From: Promethearchaeota archaeon
GTDB taxonomy: Archaea; Asgardarchaeota; Lokiarchaeia; Sigyniarchaeales; SOKP01
DNA length: 64,000 nt
Assembly (NCBI GenBank): GCA_029838195.1
Contig: JALGVJ010000001.1
Location: 32,001 to 96,000 of the forward strand
Direction of reading: 5' to 3'
Below the pieces are notes generated by a model. The model worked only from the letters and a program-made list of their open reading frames with translations. It did no database searches and had not been told where the DNA came from. Positions 19,529-29,008 of this stretch are shown here, piece by piece. Each line of letters begins with the position of its first letter. Positions within the stretch are counted from its first letter, which is position 1. A program made the position numbers and the translations under genes.

Positions 19529-20389
19529 TTATCCGAATATCTTTTTAAAGGTCGGTATAGATGCTCTAAACCCATCTTCAAAAGTTCCACCATCAGGAGC
19601 ATAAACGGATTCATATGAAATAACTCCATTATAATTATCTCTTTTTAATGCTTTTGCGATATTTTCAAGATAAAGACCGAGATGACCCTTGCCCAACTCT
19701 CTAAAATGGACTGTAGCTTTATTAGGATACACTTCTGCATCTTTTAAATGAATATGACTTATTACCGGCTGTATTTGCTCATATCCATCTGGATATGGTA
19801 TTTCACAGCAACTTAATGTATTAGAAATATCCCAAATAATCCCTAAGTGTTCACTTCCGACCTCATCAATTAATTTTCGTGCTAAATATGCAGAACATAT
19901 AACCGAATTATTTCCTGTTTCAATAGCAACAATAATATCTTCATCTTCAGCTAATTTTGCGATAGATTTCATTAAATTTAGTAATTTAGGCCAAGCAGTA
20001 TTGTTTGATACCCATTTTTCTGCACCATTTGTTCCAAACATGATAACTTCACGATTTCCACTAAAGGTGCGCACAAGAGGACAATCTAATTCTTTAGCAA
20101 TTTCTATATTGCATTTTAATGCATTAAAATGTTTCTTATAAGTAGGATCCCTGATCTCTAACTTGCTAATATTAATTCCATTAAAGATATGGCGCGATAA
20201 GCAGCTAACTTTCAAATTATAGGAATGAATCAATTCTTTAATTTTTTGAACCTCTTCATCGGTTTGTTCACCAATTTCTTTATCCCAGAGAAATTGAAGC
20301 TCTATATACTCTAATCCTGCCTCTTCAATTACCCCTAGAGCATATTCAAAATCTCTTGAAATCCCATCAGTAATAACACCTAACTTCAT
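19529..20389 (-). CDS. Sugar-phosphate isomerase/epimerase (xylose-isomerase-like TIM barrel)
   Basis: MKLGVITDGIS, IET, WD..N, HIHLKD, ISYES; start moved to ATG 20389. Confidence 0.82.
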   Translation of the reverse strand: MKLGVITDGISRDFEYALGVIEEAGLEYIELQFLWDKEIGEQTDEEVQKIKELIHSYNLKVSCLSRHIFNGINISKLEIRDPTYKKHFNALKCNIEIAKELDCPLVRTFSGNREVIMFGTNGAEKWVSNNTAWPKLLNLMKSIAKLAEDEDIIVAIETGNNSVICSAYLARKLIDEVGSEHLGIIWDISNTLSCCEIPYPDGYEQIQPVISHIHLKDAEVYPNKATVHFRELGKGHLGLYLENIAKALKRDNYNGVISYESVYAPDGGTFEDGFRASIPTFKKIFG

Positions 20390-20390
20390 T

Positions 20391-21296
20391 TCAAACAATA
20401 CCCCGATGTCCTTTAATTTCGATATCGGCAATTTGTTCTAATAACTTTACTATTGACCAATTATCTCCCTCTGGAAAAAGAGACATCCCTGCTCTAAATA
20501 ATTCAAATGCTGCGGCTGTTGTAAACATTACTACGCCATTTTCTTTAGCCATATCCATTGAAATTCCAAGATCTTTATACATTGTCGAAATATGGCTCCC
20601 TGTATTCTCAAATTTACGGTCAAGAATAAATCTCGCACATTCTCTAAACAAATTACTTGATACTCCACTCGTACTAAATACTTCATATAATACTTCTGGA
20701 TCAACACCGGCTTTTGTCCCTAACACAAATGATTCAAATATTGCCGTAAAACTCGAACCAATTAAGGCTTGAAGTGCGGCTTTAGTTTTTTGTCCCAATC
20801 CAATTTTTTCTCCAACATGATGTATGTTTTTTCCCACAGCTTCAAGTATATTTTTACAATCTTCGAACATATCTTTTTTTGCGGCAACCATCATCGTAAG
20901 AGTTCCATTTTCTGCTCCAGATTTACCTCCGCTAACAGGACTATCAATTAAATTCATTCCGCACTCAATAATTGGTTGCTCAATCGCTTGAATTTCAGAA
21001 GGCTTAATTGTAGCTGTAATAATTATTGTAGATCCCTTTTTTAAACCTTTTAATAAACCATTCTGACCAAGGATTACATCTCTTACTTGTTGACCATTCA
21101 TGACCATTATAAATACCACATCGGCATTTTCTCCTACTTCTCTGCAATTCATAGCAGGTTTTCCGCCTAATTGGAATAGGAGTTTCATTCTTTCTTGTCT
21201 AAGGTCATATCCCATAGTTTCAAATCCCTTTTTAATAAGATTTTTAGCAATCCCTATCCCCATATTTCCCAGACCAATTACACCAACTTTTTTCAT
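20391..21296 (-). CDS. Beta-hydroxyacid dehydrogenase (3-hydroxyisobutyrate/L-threonate dehydrogenase family)
   Basis: GVIGLGNMG, DSPVSGG..GA..GTLT.M, catalytic K (GQKTKA), KDL. Confidence 0.88.
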   Translation of the reverse strand: MKKVGVIGLGNMGIGIAKNLIKKGFETMGYDLRQERMKLLFQLGGKPAMNCREVGENADVVFIMVMNGQQVRDVILGQNGLLKGLKKGSTIIITATIKPSEIQAIEQPIIECGMNLIDSPVSGGKSGAENGTLTMMVAAKKDMFEDCKNILEAVGKNIHHVGEKIGLGQKTKAALQALIGSSFTAIFESFVLGTKAGVDPEVLYEVFSTSGVSSNLFRECARFILDRKFENTGSHISTMYKDLGISMDMAKENGVVMFTTAAAFELFRAGMSLFPEGDNWSIVKLLEQIADIEIKGHRGIV

Positions 21297-21782
21297 GTAA
21301 GTATCAAAATCATGGTTAATTAATTTTCTAATTCTTTCCTTAGATTTTAAAATCTTATTTATTTTATTAAATCTATTAATTTTTTTGTTAAACTCATAAA
21401 ATTACTGAAAAAATGAGTAAAAGATCAAGTTTTTTTGCTTTATTTAAAAAAATCAGAAAAACTTAATGGAAATTAAAATTATTTGAAATAGAAATTAATG
21501 CATTTCCAACTTTCATTTAAATTGATAGTTAAACATCATCTAAGAAACATTAACAACACGATGATATTAAAAAATAATGCCCAATCCGACAATTACAGAA
21601 AAAATTCTCAAATAAAAGAAGGTTTCATTTAAGGACATGTAATAATCACGGTTTTCTTATTCTTTATTACTCGTTTTCATAAATTTTAATTAAGATTAAA
21701 CATGAACATCTAATTAATTAAAAATTATTTATTTAAATTCTTACATCAAAATTTAATACTAATCAAAAAAATCGGAGTAAAC

Positions 21783-23132
21783 ATGTTGTCAGCAAACATG
21801 GAAAAATCATCCCCAAACATGTTTTTATATGCTCTCCCTAAAATAGCAACGTCGATGCTCATGGGATTTGCAGATTTCGCTCTCTTATTTTTGTATGGAG
21901 TAGTGTTTAGTCTTTCTGGAGTATATGTAGGGATCGCTTTATTTTTAGGTAAAATTTCAATTTCAATCTTGCAATTCGTCTTTGGATGGGTTTCAGATCA
22001 TTTCCCCTATTTGAATAAATTAGGTCGCCGAAAGCCTTTTCTAATTTTTTTCTCGCCGTTTTTAGCTCTATCTTTCTTATTTCTTGTCATGCCAGGCCCT
22101 TTCTTAGGATCCAATCCTTCCGAGATACATTTATTTCTCTGGTTCGCGATTTGGAACATATCTTTTCAGGGATTATATGGAATTCATAGTCCTTATCAAG
22201 CATGGTTAGCCGAATTATTTCATATAGAAGAGAGACCTAAGGTATCAGCAGTCCAAAATATTTTTATGATCATTGGAACAGCTATAATGTTAATCTTCTC
22301 CATGTTAGTTCTAACTGATGTCCAAGAAGAATTAAAGGAAAATGTTGCTGCTGTTCCTATTGAATTTTCATCTGCTGTTATTATTTTTAGTTTGATGGTT
22401 GTTGCATTTTTCTATATCTGTGCTTTTAAACTGCCGGTGGAAAAAAAACAGGAAATTAAAACGACTTTACTAAAAGATTTCAAGGCACTACTTCATGATC
22501 ACAATTTTCTTCATTTTAGCATTTTAGTAGGGCTTACAAGTTTAGCATGGATCATTGCAAATCAATATCTTTTACCTTTCGCAGAAGTAATCTTGGGGTT
22601 AGACTTCATTGGATATGCCCTTCTAGCAGTTATCATGGTTCTTGTTCTAATTGTGAGTATCATGGGCTGGAGAAAAAGTATTCATAAAAATGGAAAAGAT
22701 ACCACACTTCATTGGATCTATTTATTATCAATTATTGTTCTTCCTTTTTCTTTAGTTCCAATGCTTTCGCTTCCCAGCCCTTTCTTTTTTGGAGCCATTT
22801 ATATTCCATGTGTAGCAATAGGATTAGGTGGATGGACTTTTTTTCCTTATGTTATATATGCTGATTTGGCAGAACATGAAGCTAAGAAAGGAAAAAGTGC
22901 TCTAAAAGCTGGATTGTATGCTGGATTTCCATTCCTTCCTCTTAACGTTTTTCAAGCGATTGGACTATTTATAGCTGGAATCCTTTTAGAACTCCCAACT
23001 TATCCTTTTCAAACTGGTTTAAAGAGTTTGGGGTTTGTTGTTTGGGGACCCATTTGTTCGTTTTTCTTTATCATCACATATTTATATAAAAAGAAATTTG
23101 TTCGATTGGATCTAGAAAATGGAAATTCATGA
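21783..23132 (+). CDS. MFS transporter, GPH/MelB-like
   Basis: G..SD...LGRRKPF, PY.A...E....ER, ~12 TMs. Confidence 0.85.
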   Translation: MLSANMEKSSPNMFLYALPKIATSMLMGFADFALLFLYGVVFSLSGVYVGIALFLGKISISILQFVFGWVSDHFPYLNKLGRRKPFLIFFSPFLALSFLFLVMPGPFLGSNPSEIHLFLWFAIWNISFQGLYGIHSPYQAWLAELFHIEERPKVSAVQNIFMIIGTAIMLIFSMLVLTDVQEELKENVAAVPIEFSSAVIIFSLMVVAFFYICAFKLPVEKKQEIKTTLLKDFKALLHDHNFLHFSILVGLTSLAWIIANQYLLPFAEVILGLDFIGYALLAVIMVLVLIVSIMGWRKSIHKNGKDTTLHWIYLLSIIVLPFSLVPMLSLPSPFFFGAIYIPCVAIGLGGWTFFPYVIYADLAEHEAKKGKSALKAGLYAGFPFLPLNVFQAIGLFIAGILLELPTYPFQTGLKSLGFVVWGPICSFFFIITYLYKKKFVRLDLENGNS

Positions 23133-23420
23133 ATTTCACGCCCGGAGAAATAAAAATGAGGAATAGAATAAATAAAAAGTAAATATCATTCAATATTTCA
23201 TTAATTTTATTTTAGTTTATTTTCTTTTTTTTGCTATGATCAACTGTCAAGTTTTTAGTAATATAGCCCAGGCAATGGTGTTATTATAAACGCTTATATT
23301 TCCTTCGATTAGGGGGGTACAAAATAATAAGAACACCTTCTATTACAAAAAATTTTCCAAATTTAAAGGTTTCAAGTTTCATTAATATTCAAGAAGAAGA
23401 ACATGGGTTAAAGGAGTTCA

Positions 23421-24248
23421 TTATTTTAAATTCACTAACTTTTCTAATTCATTAATTATCTCTTTAATCGAAAAATCATCAGAAATTTCCATTTTTATGG
23501 CTTTTTGAGCACAAACATCCATGCAGCGTCCACAACCCCGGCATTCGTCATCAATTTCTGCGATATTTCCTCTAATTTTTATAGCATCAACAAAACAGAT
23601 ACCATTCGTACATGTTCCGCATGCTACACAATTTTCATCCACATAAAAGCGAATTCCTGGCATTCTTTTTATTTTCTTGCCAATTTCGGGATGAAGAATC
23701 GGAGAAATTCTCCACAAGCAACAACAAGGACAACAATTGCATATGCTTAATAATTGGCATCCATCCCTCACGCCTAACCACTCCTTGTCTAATTTATTTC
23801 TACCAATCATGTGAACTAACCCTGCTTCCTTGCACTTTCGCAAGTGTTCCAGGGCCTCTTCCTTCGAAACTAATCGCCCCAAATTGGGATTAATTTCTAA
23901 TACAGCTCTTCCCAGGAATAAGCAACCTAAATTGATTGGATAATTCTTGCACTGCATGGATTCTCTACAGATGCAAAAATTCATGATCCAATGATAAGAA
24001 GCCTTATTAATAAAATATTCTAATATTTGGGAAGGTAATACTATTTCTTCTAAATCTTGAACTGACTGATTAACCTCGATTACGTTATCTAATGGGAGAT
24101 AGAAGATTTTATCTCCCGTGAATAATAACTTATCGATAATTTTTCTAAGAATGGGAAGGCGAGTAAGTTTGGCAATGAGTTTTACATTAGGAAATGTTTT
24201 TTTTAACAAATGAACGAACCATAGAGGACGCGTCATGAGAAGTTCCAA
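23421..24248 (-). CDS. 4Fe-4S binding protein
   Basis: CICR, GLVH, ICNCCPCCC, C-terminal CVACGTC...C and CRGCGRC...C. Confidence 0.85.
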   Translation of the reverse strand: MELLMTRPLWFVHLLKKTFPNVKLIAKLTRLPILRKIIDKLLFTGDKIFYLPLDNVIEVNQSVQDLEEIVLPSQILEYFINKASYHWIMNFCICRESMQCKNYPINLGCLFLGRAVLEINPNLGRLVSKEEALEHLRKCKEAGLVHMIGRNKLDKEWLGVRDGCQLLSICNCCPCCCLWRISPILHPEIGKKIKRMPGIRFYVDENCVACGTCTNGICFVDAIKIRGNIAEIDDECRGCGRCMDVCAQKAIKMEISDDFSIKEIINELEKLVNLK

Positions 24249-24439
24249 TAATTCTTCAATTATAATAATTTATTATTTTTTCCAGTATATATGAATGTTT
24301 CTTTACTATAAAATAAGAAAAATGGAAAAAAATAACAAAAATAATTTCTTTGATGGGTTTTTAAAGTCAATAATGGAGAAATTATTGAATATTATTAATA
24401 ATTAAAAATATCCGGAACTTTGCCGGAAAATCTATATAG

Positions 24440-26062
24440 ATGAGTAAAACCATGCTAAATGATGATATTTCAATTATTCCTCAACCAGTTAGATGCTTGA
24501 GGAAAAAAGGGGAGGTAATTTTAGATGAGGACTATATTATCACGGTGAATGAGAAGGCAAAGAGATGTGGAGAATATTTAGCAAGTTTATTAAGGCCTTC
24601 TCTTAAATTAAAAATCCAAGAAACCTCGCCCTCTAAAGCAGTTAATCAAGAAAAGAGCATTAATTTATTAATTAATGACCGGTATAATCATGTTGGAAGA
24701 GAAGGATACGTTTTAGATATATCAGATCCCTCGATTAATGTCGTAGCAAACGAAGAGGAGGGCTTATTTCATGGAATTCAAACCTTCCGCCAATTATTAC
24801 CCCTTGAAATTGAAACACGCAAGATTTTAGAAAATTTAAAAATCCACCTGCCCTGCCTTGAAATCGAAGATTATCCTCGATTTAAATGGCGGGGGTTCAT
24901 GTTAGATGAGGCACGCCATTTTCAAGGGAAAGAAATTGTAAAAAAATTATTAGACATAAAGGCTTTATTAAAACTCAATGTTTTCCACTGGCATCTCACG
25001 GATGATCAAGGGTGGCGTATTGAAATTAAACGGTATCCGGAGCTTACAAAAATAGGCTCTAAAAGAAAAGGAACGCAAGTTGGAGGATTTATTAGCAAAA
25101 AAAGAAAAAATGTTTCTCATGAAGGATTTTATACGCAAGAAGATATAAAAGAAATTATAGCTTACGCTCAAGAGCGTTTCATTAAAATAATACCCGAAAT
25201 AGACATGCCGGGGCATTGCATGGCTGCTTTAGCCACCTTTCCCGAATTGAGCTGTTCTGGAGGGCCTTTTGAAGTTCCGCAAACGTTCGGTATTAAAAAA
25301 GACGTTTTATGTATTGGAAAAGAAAAAGTTTTTCAATTTGTTCAAAATATATTAGAGGAAATAATCGAACTTTTTCCATCTAAGATTATTCACATTGGAG
25401 GAGATGAGGTGCCCACAAGTAGATGGAAAAACTGTCCTGATTGCCAGAAGCGAATGATAGAAAATAATTTAAAGAAAGAAAAACAACTTCAAACCTATTT
25501 CTCGAATAGAATCATGGATTTTCTTAATTCAAAAGGATGTAAAACCATGGGATGGAATCAAATTCTTAGTAAAGAATTAAAAAATAATGTCATCATTCAA
25601 TATTGGATGGGAAATAAAAAAACAATCTTGGAGAATTTAAGAAAAGGAAAAAAATTTGTCATGTCTAAATTTGGATCCGTTTATCTCGATTATAATTATA
25701 AATTTACTCCCTTGAGAAAAATATATAAATATGAACCCATTCCTAAAAAATTAGAGAAAAGCTATCATGAAAATGTATTGGGAATTGAAGCGCCCCTCTG
25801 GACGGAATGGATTTCTAATGAGAGGAGGTTATTTTGGCAAGCTTTTCCAAGATTAACTGCTGTGGCTGAAAATGCGTGGAGTTTAAAAAGGAATAAAAAT
25901 TTAGAATCTTTCAAGATGCGTTTAGAAAAATTTAATCAAAGACTAAGATTTTTGGGTGGTGGTCATGCTAGAATGCATGAGGTAGATCCTCCTTTCTTTA
26001 AAACCTTGTTTGGAATTTTTACAATTTTTAAAGAACCTAAAGGAGTTGCAGATTTATTCTAA
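24440..26062 (+). CDS. Beta-N-acetylhexosaminidase (GH20), no signal peptide
   Basis: D.PRF.WRG.MLD.ARHF, HWHLTDDQGWR, PEIDMPGH, HIGGDE, LWTE, FPR..A.AE..W. Confidence 0.95.
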   Translation: MSKTMLNDDISIIPQPVRCLRKKGEVILDEDYIITVNEKAKRCGEYLASLLRPSLKLKIQETSPSKAVNQEKSINLLINDRYNHVGREGYVLDISDPSINVVANEEEGLFHGIQTFRQLLPLEIETRKILENLKIHLPCLEIEDYPRFKWRGFMLDEARHFQGKEIVKKLLDIKALLKLNVFHWHLTDDQGWRIEIKRYPELTKIGSKRKGTQVGGFISKKRKNVSHEGFYTQEDIKEIIAYAQERFIKIIPEIDMPGHCMAALATFPELSCSGGPFEVPQTFGIKKDVLCIGKEKVFQFVQNILEEIIELFPSKIIHIGGDEVPTSRWKNCPDCQKRMIENNLKKEKQLQTYFSNRIMDFLNSKGCKTMGWNQILSKELKNNVIIQYWMGNKKTILENLRKGKKFVMSKFGSVYLDYNYKFTPLRKIYKYEPIPKKLEKSYHENVLGIEAPLWTEWISNERRLFWQAFPRLTAVAENAWSLKRNKNLESFKMRLEKFNQRLRFLGGGHARMHEVDPPFFKTLFGIFTIFKEPKGVADLF

Positions 26063-26193
26063 TTAAGATTCTATTTTTTAATCTTTTACATGAACATATT
26101 AAAAACCAAAGGAAGAAATATTAATGAGTAATTTAAAAAACCAAATTAACGATCATTTTTTACACTCTTAGAAAAAAATAAAGAAAAATAATA

Positions 26194-27258
26194 ATGAGGG
26201 AAAGAAAAATTATGACTCTTGAACCATTAAGAGTAGCTACTTTTGGAGAAATCATGTTAAGACTTTCTCCTCCTGGATTCCAACGTTTTACTCAAGCAAG
26301 AACTTTTGAAGTAATTTATGGAGGAGGGGAAGCAAATGTTGCGGTATCCTTAGCAAATTTTGGTATTCCCGTTGATTATATTACATGCCTTCCATCTAAT
26401 GATATCGGAGAGGCTTGCATCCAATTTTTGCGTCAATTTGGAGTAAATACTAATAAAATTCTTAGAAGAGGAGAGCGATTAGGCATATATTTTCTCGAAA
26501 AAGGCTCCTCCGTGAGAGGAAGTAAGGTAATTTACGATAGAGCACATTCTGCTATAGCAACCGCAAAAGTAGGAATGTTTGACTGGAAAGAGCTGCTAAA
26601 AAACTGCTCGTGGTTCCATTTTACGGGGATCACACCTGCCATTTCTCAAAATTTGGCTGACATTTGTTTAGAAGCAGTAAAAGAGGCCCGAAAAATGAAT
26701 CTTACCATCTCATGTGATTTAAATTATAGAGCAAAATTGTGGAAGTATGGGAAAACTGCTGGTGAAATCATGAGCGAATTGGTTAAATATTGCGATATCG
26801 CTATTGGAAATGAAGAAGATGCGGATAAAGTCTTTTCCATCCGAGCCCCGGAAACCGATGTCATTAAGGGAAAAGTAGATCCCGAAAAATATCAATTTGT
26901 TTGCAAGGAATTAATGAAAAAATTCCCTAATTTAAAACACGTTGCCGTTACATTAAGAGGCTCTCTTTCCGCCAGTCATAACACGTGGTCAGCAGTACTA
27001 TATGATGGGAATACATTGCTCATGACTCGCACTTATGATATTGATTACATCGTCGATCGAGTGGGTGGTGGCGATTCTTTCTGTGCTGGATTGATTTATG
27101 GTTTTTTAACTTATAAAGATGACTCTCAAAAAATCTTAGATTTTGCCACCGCTGCCTCTTGCTTAAAGCATACAATAATCGGGGATTTTAATTTAATTTC
27201 CGTAGATGAGGTGCTAAAATTAATGGGAGGAGATGTTTCCGGAAGAGTATCTAGGTGA
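26194..27258 (+). CDS. kdgK: 2-keto-3-deoxygluconate kinase (PfkB family)
   Basis: FGEIMLRLSP, GGGEANVA, YDRA.SA, TGITPA, DLNYR.KLW, DRVGGGDSF. Confidence 0.88.
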   Translation: MRERKIMTLEPLRVATFGEIMLRLSPPGFQRFTQARTFEVIYGGGEANVAVSLANFGIPVDYITCLPSNDIGEACIQFLRQFGVNTNKILRRGERLGIYFLEKGSSVRGSKVIYDRAHSAIATAKVGMFDWKELLKNCSWFHFTGITPAISQNLADICLEAVKEARKMNLTISCDLNYRAKLWKYGKTAGEIMSELVKYCDIAIGNEEDADKVFSIRAPETDVIKGKVDPEKYQFVCKELMKKFPNLKHVAVTLRGSLSASHNTWSAVLYDGNTLLMTRTYDIDYIVDRVGGGDSFCAGLIYGFLTYKDDSQKILDFATAASCLKHTIIGDFNLISVDEVLKLMGGDVSGRVSR

Positions 27259-27368
27259 GTAAAAAAATAACAATTGTAAATTCTAATATTAAAATGTTTT
27301 ATAAAATGTTTTAATGCACAAAAAATATTAAAAAAACAATCCAATGAAAGCTAAAGGTAAAAATATTT

Positions 27369-28166
27369 ATGAATGAGCAAGATAAAATGATCTTAACGAT
27401 AACCACGGCAAATTCGTGGATTTATCCGGAAGTTAAAAATTGGCCGCAAACCACGGATGAATTAATAGAAGAAGTGGTCCAATGTTATGAAGCGGGAGCC
27501 TCTATAGCTCACGTCCATTTGCCCAGAGGAAAAGAGGTGGAAGTTGTAGAAAATATTAGGGATCAATGTGATATTTTAGTACAAGCCGGCATGTCTAGCG
27601 AGTCCATTCCTCAGAGAAAGGGAGATTTCGAAGCGAGACCTGACATGTTATCCATCATCCTCAATCATCATGCAGAACATTTTACTAAAGTCATTGTAGA
27701 CGTTTTACATCCCCTAAAAGAATTAGAAGAATATTGCATGATGTGCAAGAAATTCAAAATTAAACCAGAATTTGAGGTGTGGCATTTAGGTTCTTATTGG
27801 AACTTGAATCATTTAATTCACAATAATTTATTAGCTCCTCCTTATATCTGCACGTTATTTTTCAATTGGCCGGGAGGGACGTGGAGTCCGGCAACTGCAG
27901 ATGAGTATTTTCACAGAATTAAATACATGCCAGAAAACTGCATTCATACAGTTAGCGTCATGGGAGAAGAACAAATAAAAATCGCAACTCTTGCGATTCT
28001 TCATGACGGAAACGTGCGCGTGGGCACTGAAGACTATCCCTTTCTAAAAAAAAATGTACCCGCCAAAAATAATGCAGAAATCGTAAAAAATATGGTGAAA
28101 TTAAGCAAAAACTTAGGACGAGATGTGGCGGATCCCACCGAAGCACGTAAAATATTAGGACTTTAA
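27369..28166 (+). CDS. Beta-keto acid cleavage enzyme (BKACE/DUF849)
   Basis: EAGASIAHVH, KPEFE, GNVRVGTED, N...V.......GR..A.P.EAR.ILGL. Confidence 0.9.
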   Translation: MNEQDKMILTITTANSWIYPEVKNWPQTTDELIEEVVQCYEAGASIAHVHLPRGKEVEVVENIRDQCDILVQAGMSSESIPQRKGDFEARPDMLSIILNHHAEHFTKVIVDVLHPLKELEEYCMMCKKFKIKPEFEVWHLGSYWNLNHLIHNNLLAPPYICTLFFNWPGGTWSPATADEYFHRIKYMPENCIHTVSVMGEEQIKIATLAILHDGNVRVGTEDYPFLKKNVPAKNNAEIVKNMVKLSKNLGRDVADPTEARKILGL

Positions 28167-28200
28167 CCTGATTTTAAATATTGATAAAGGTGAACAAACA

Positions 28201-28947
28201 ATTAAACTGGAAAATAAAGTTGCCATAATTACCGGCGCTGGCGCCGGAATAGGAAAAGCAACAGCGTTTTTATTTGCTCGAGAGGGTGCTAAGACGTGTT
28301 GTAATTCTTTATCCGCTTCAGCACGAGAAGTGGTTGAAGAAATCAAAAAAGAAGGTAAAGAAGCTATTTTCGTTCAAGGAGACGTGTCAAAAGAAAAAGA
28401 TGCTAAAAAAATCATTAATGAAACGGTTAAAGCCTTTGGAAAAATAGATATCCTCTTTAATAATGCCGGGATCGTAATTCCAGGAAAAATTGATACCATG
28501 TCTACAGAAGATTGGGATAGAACTATGGAAGTTAACGTGCGGAGCGTTTATTTAATGTCTAAACATGCCTTGCCTTATTTAAAAAAAACGAAAGGCACCA
28601 TAATAAATAATTCCTCTTCGGTTGCTCTGAAAGGAGTTAAAGATAGAGCAGCTTATACGGCCTCAAAAGGTGCTGTTTTGTCCTTGACCAGAGCCATGGC
28701 TGCTGATTACATTGAAGAGGGAATTCGCGTGAATGCGATTTGTCCCGGAACAACCGATACCCCCTCCCTTACAAGGCGATTAGCTCAATTTGAAGACCCC
28801 GAAAAAGCAAGAAAAGAGTTTATTGCCCGGCAGAAAATGGGACGATTAGGAACTCCCGAAGAAATTGCGGAAGGCGTGTTATTTCTCGCTTGTAACACTT
28901 TCACGACGGGAACAAGTCTATCCATCGATGGTGGAATGACCATGTAA
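28201..28947 (+). CDS. Short-chain dehydrogenase/reductase (BDH2 / keto-deoxy-sugar-acid dehydrogenase-like), apparent ATT start
   Basis: Frame extends 43 codons upstream of the ORF call: (I)KLENKVAIITGAGAGIG; NNAG, YTASK, NAICPG.TDTPSL, ARQ.MGRLG.PEEIA. Confidence 0.88.
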   Translation: MKLENKVAIITGAGAGIGKATAFLFAREGAKTCCNSLSASAREVVEEIKKEGKEAIFVQGDVSKEKDAKKIINETVKAFGKIDILFNNAGIVIPGKIDTMSTEDWDRTMEVNVRSVYLMSKHALPYLKKTKGTIINNSSSVALKGVKDRAAYTASKGAVLSLTRAMAADYIEEGIRVNAICPGTTDTPSLTRRLAQFEDPEKARKEFIARQKMGRLGTPEEIAEGVLFLACNTFTTGTSLSIDGGMTM

Positions 28948-29008
28948 TAAGAAATAAAAAATGAAAAGTAAAAAAAGTTAAAAAAAAAGATATTTTCCTT
29001 TCTTTTAT

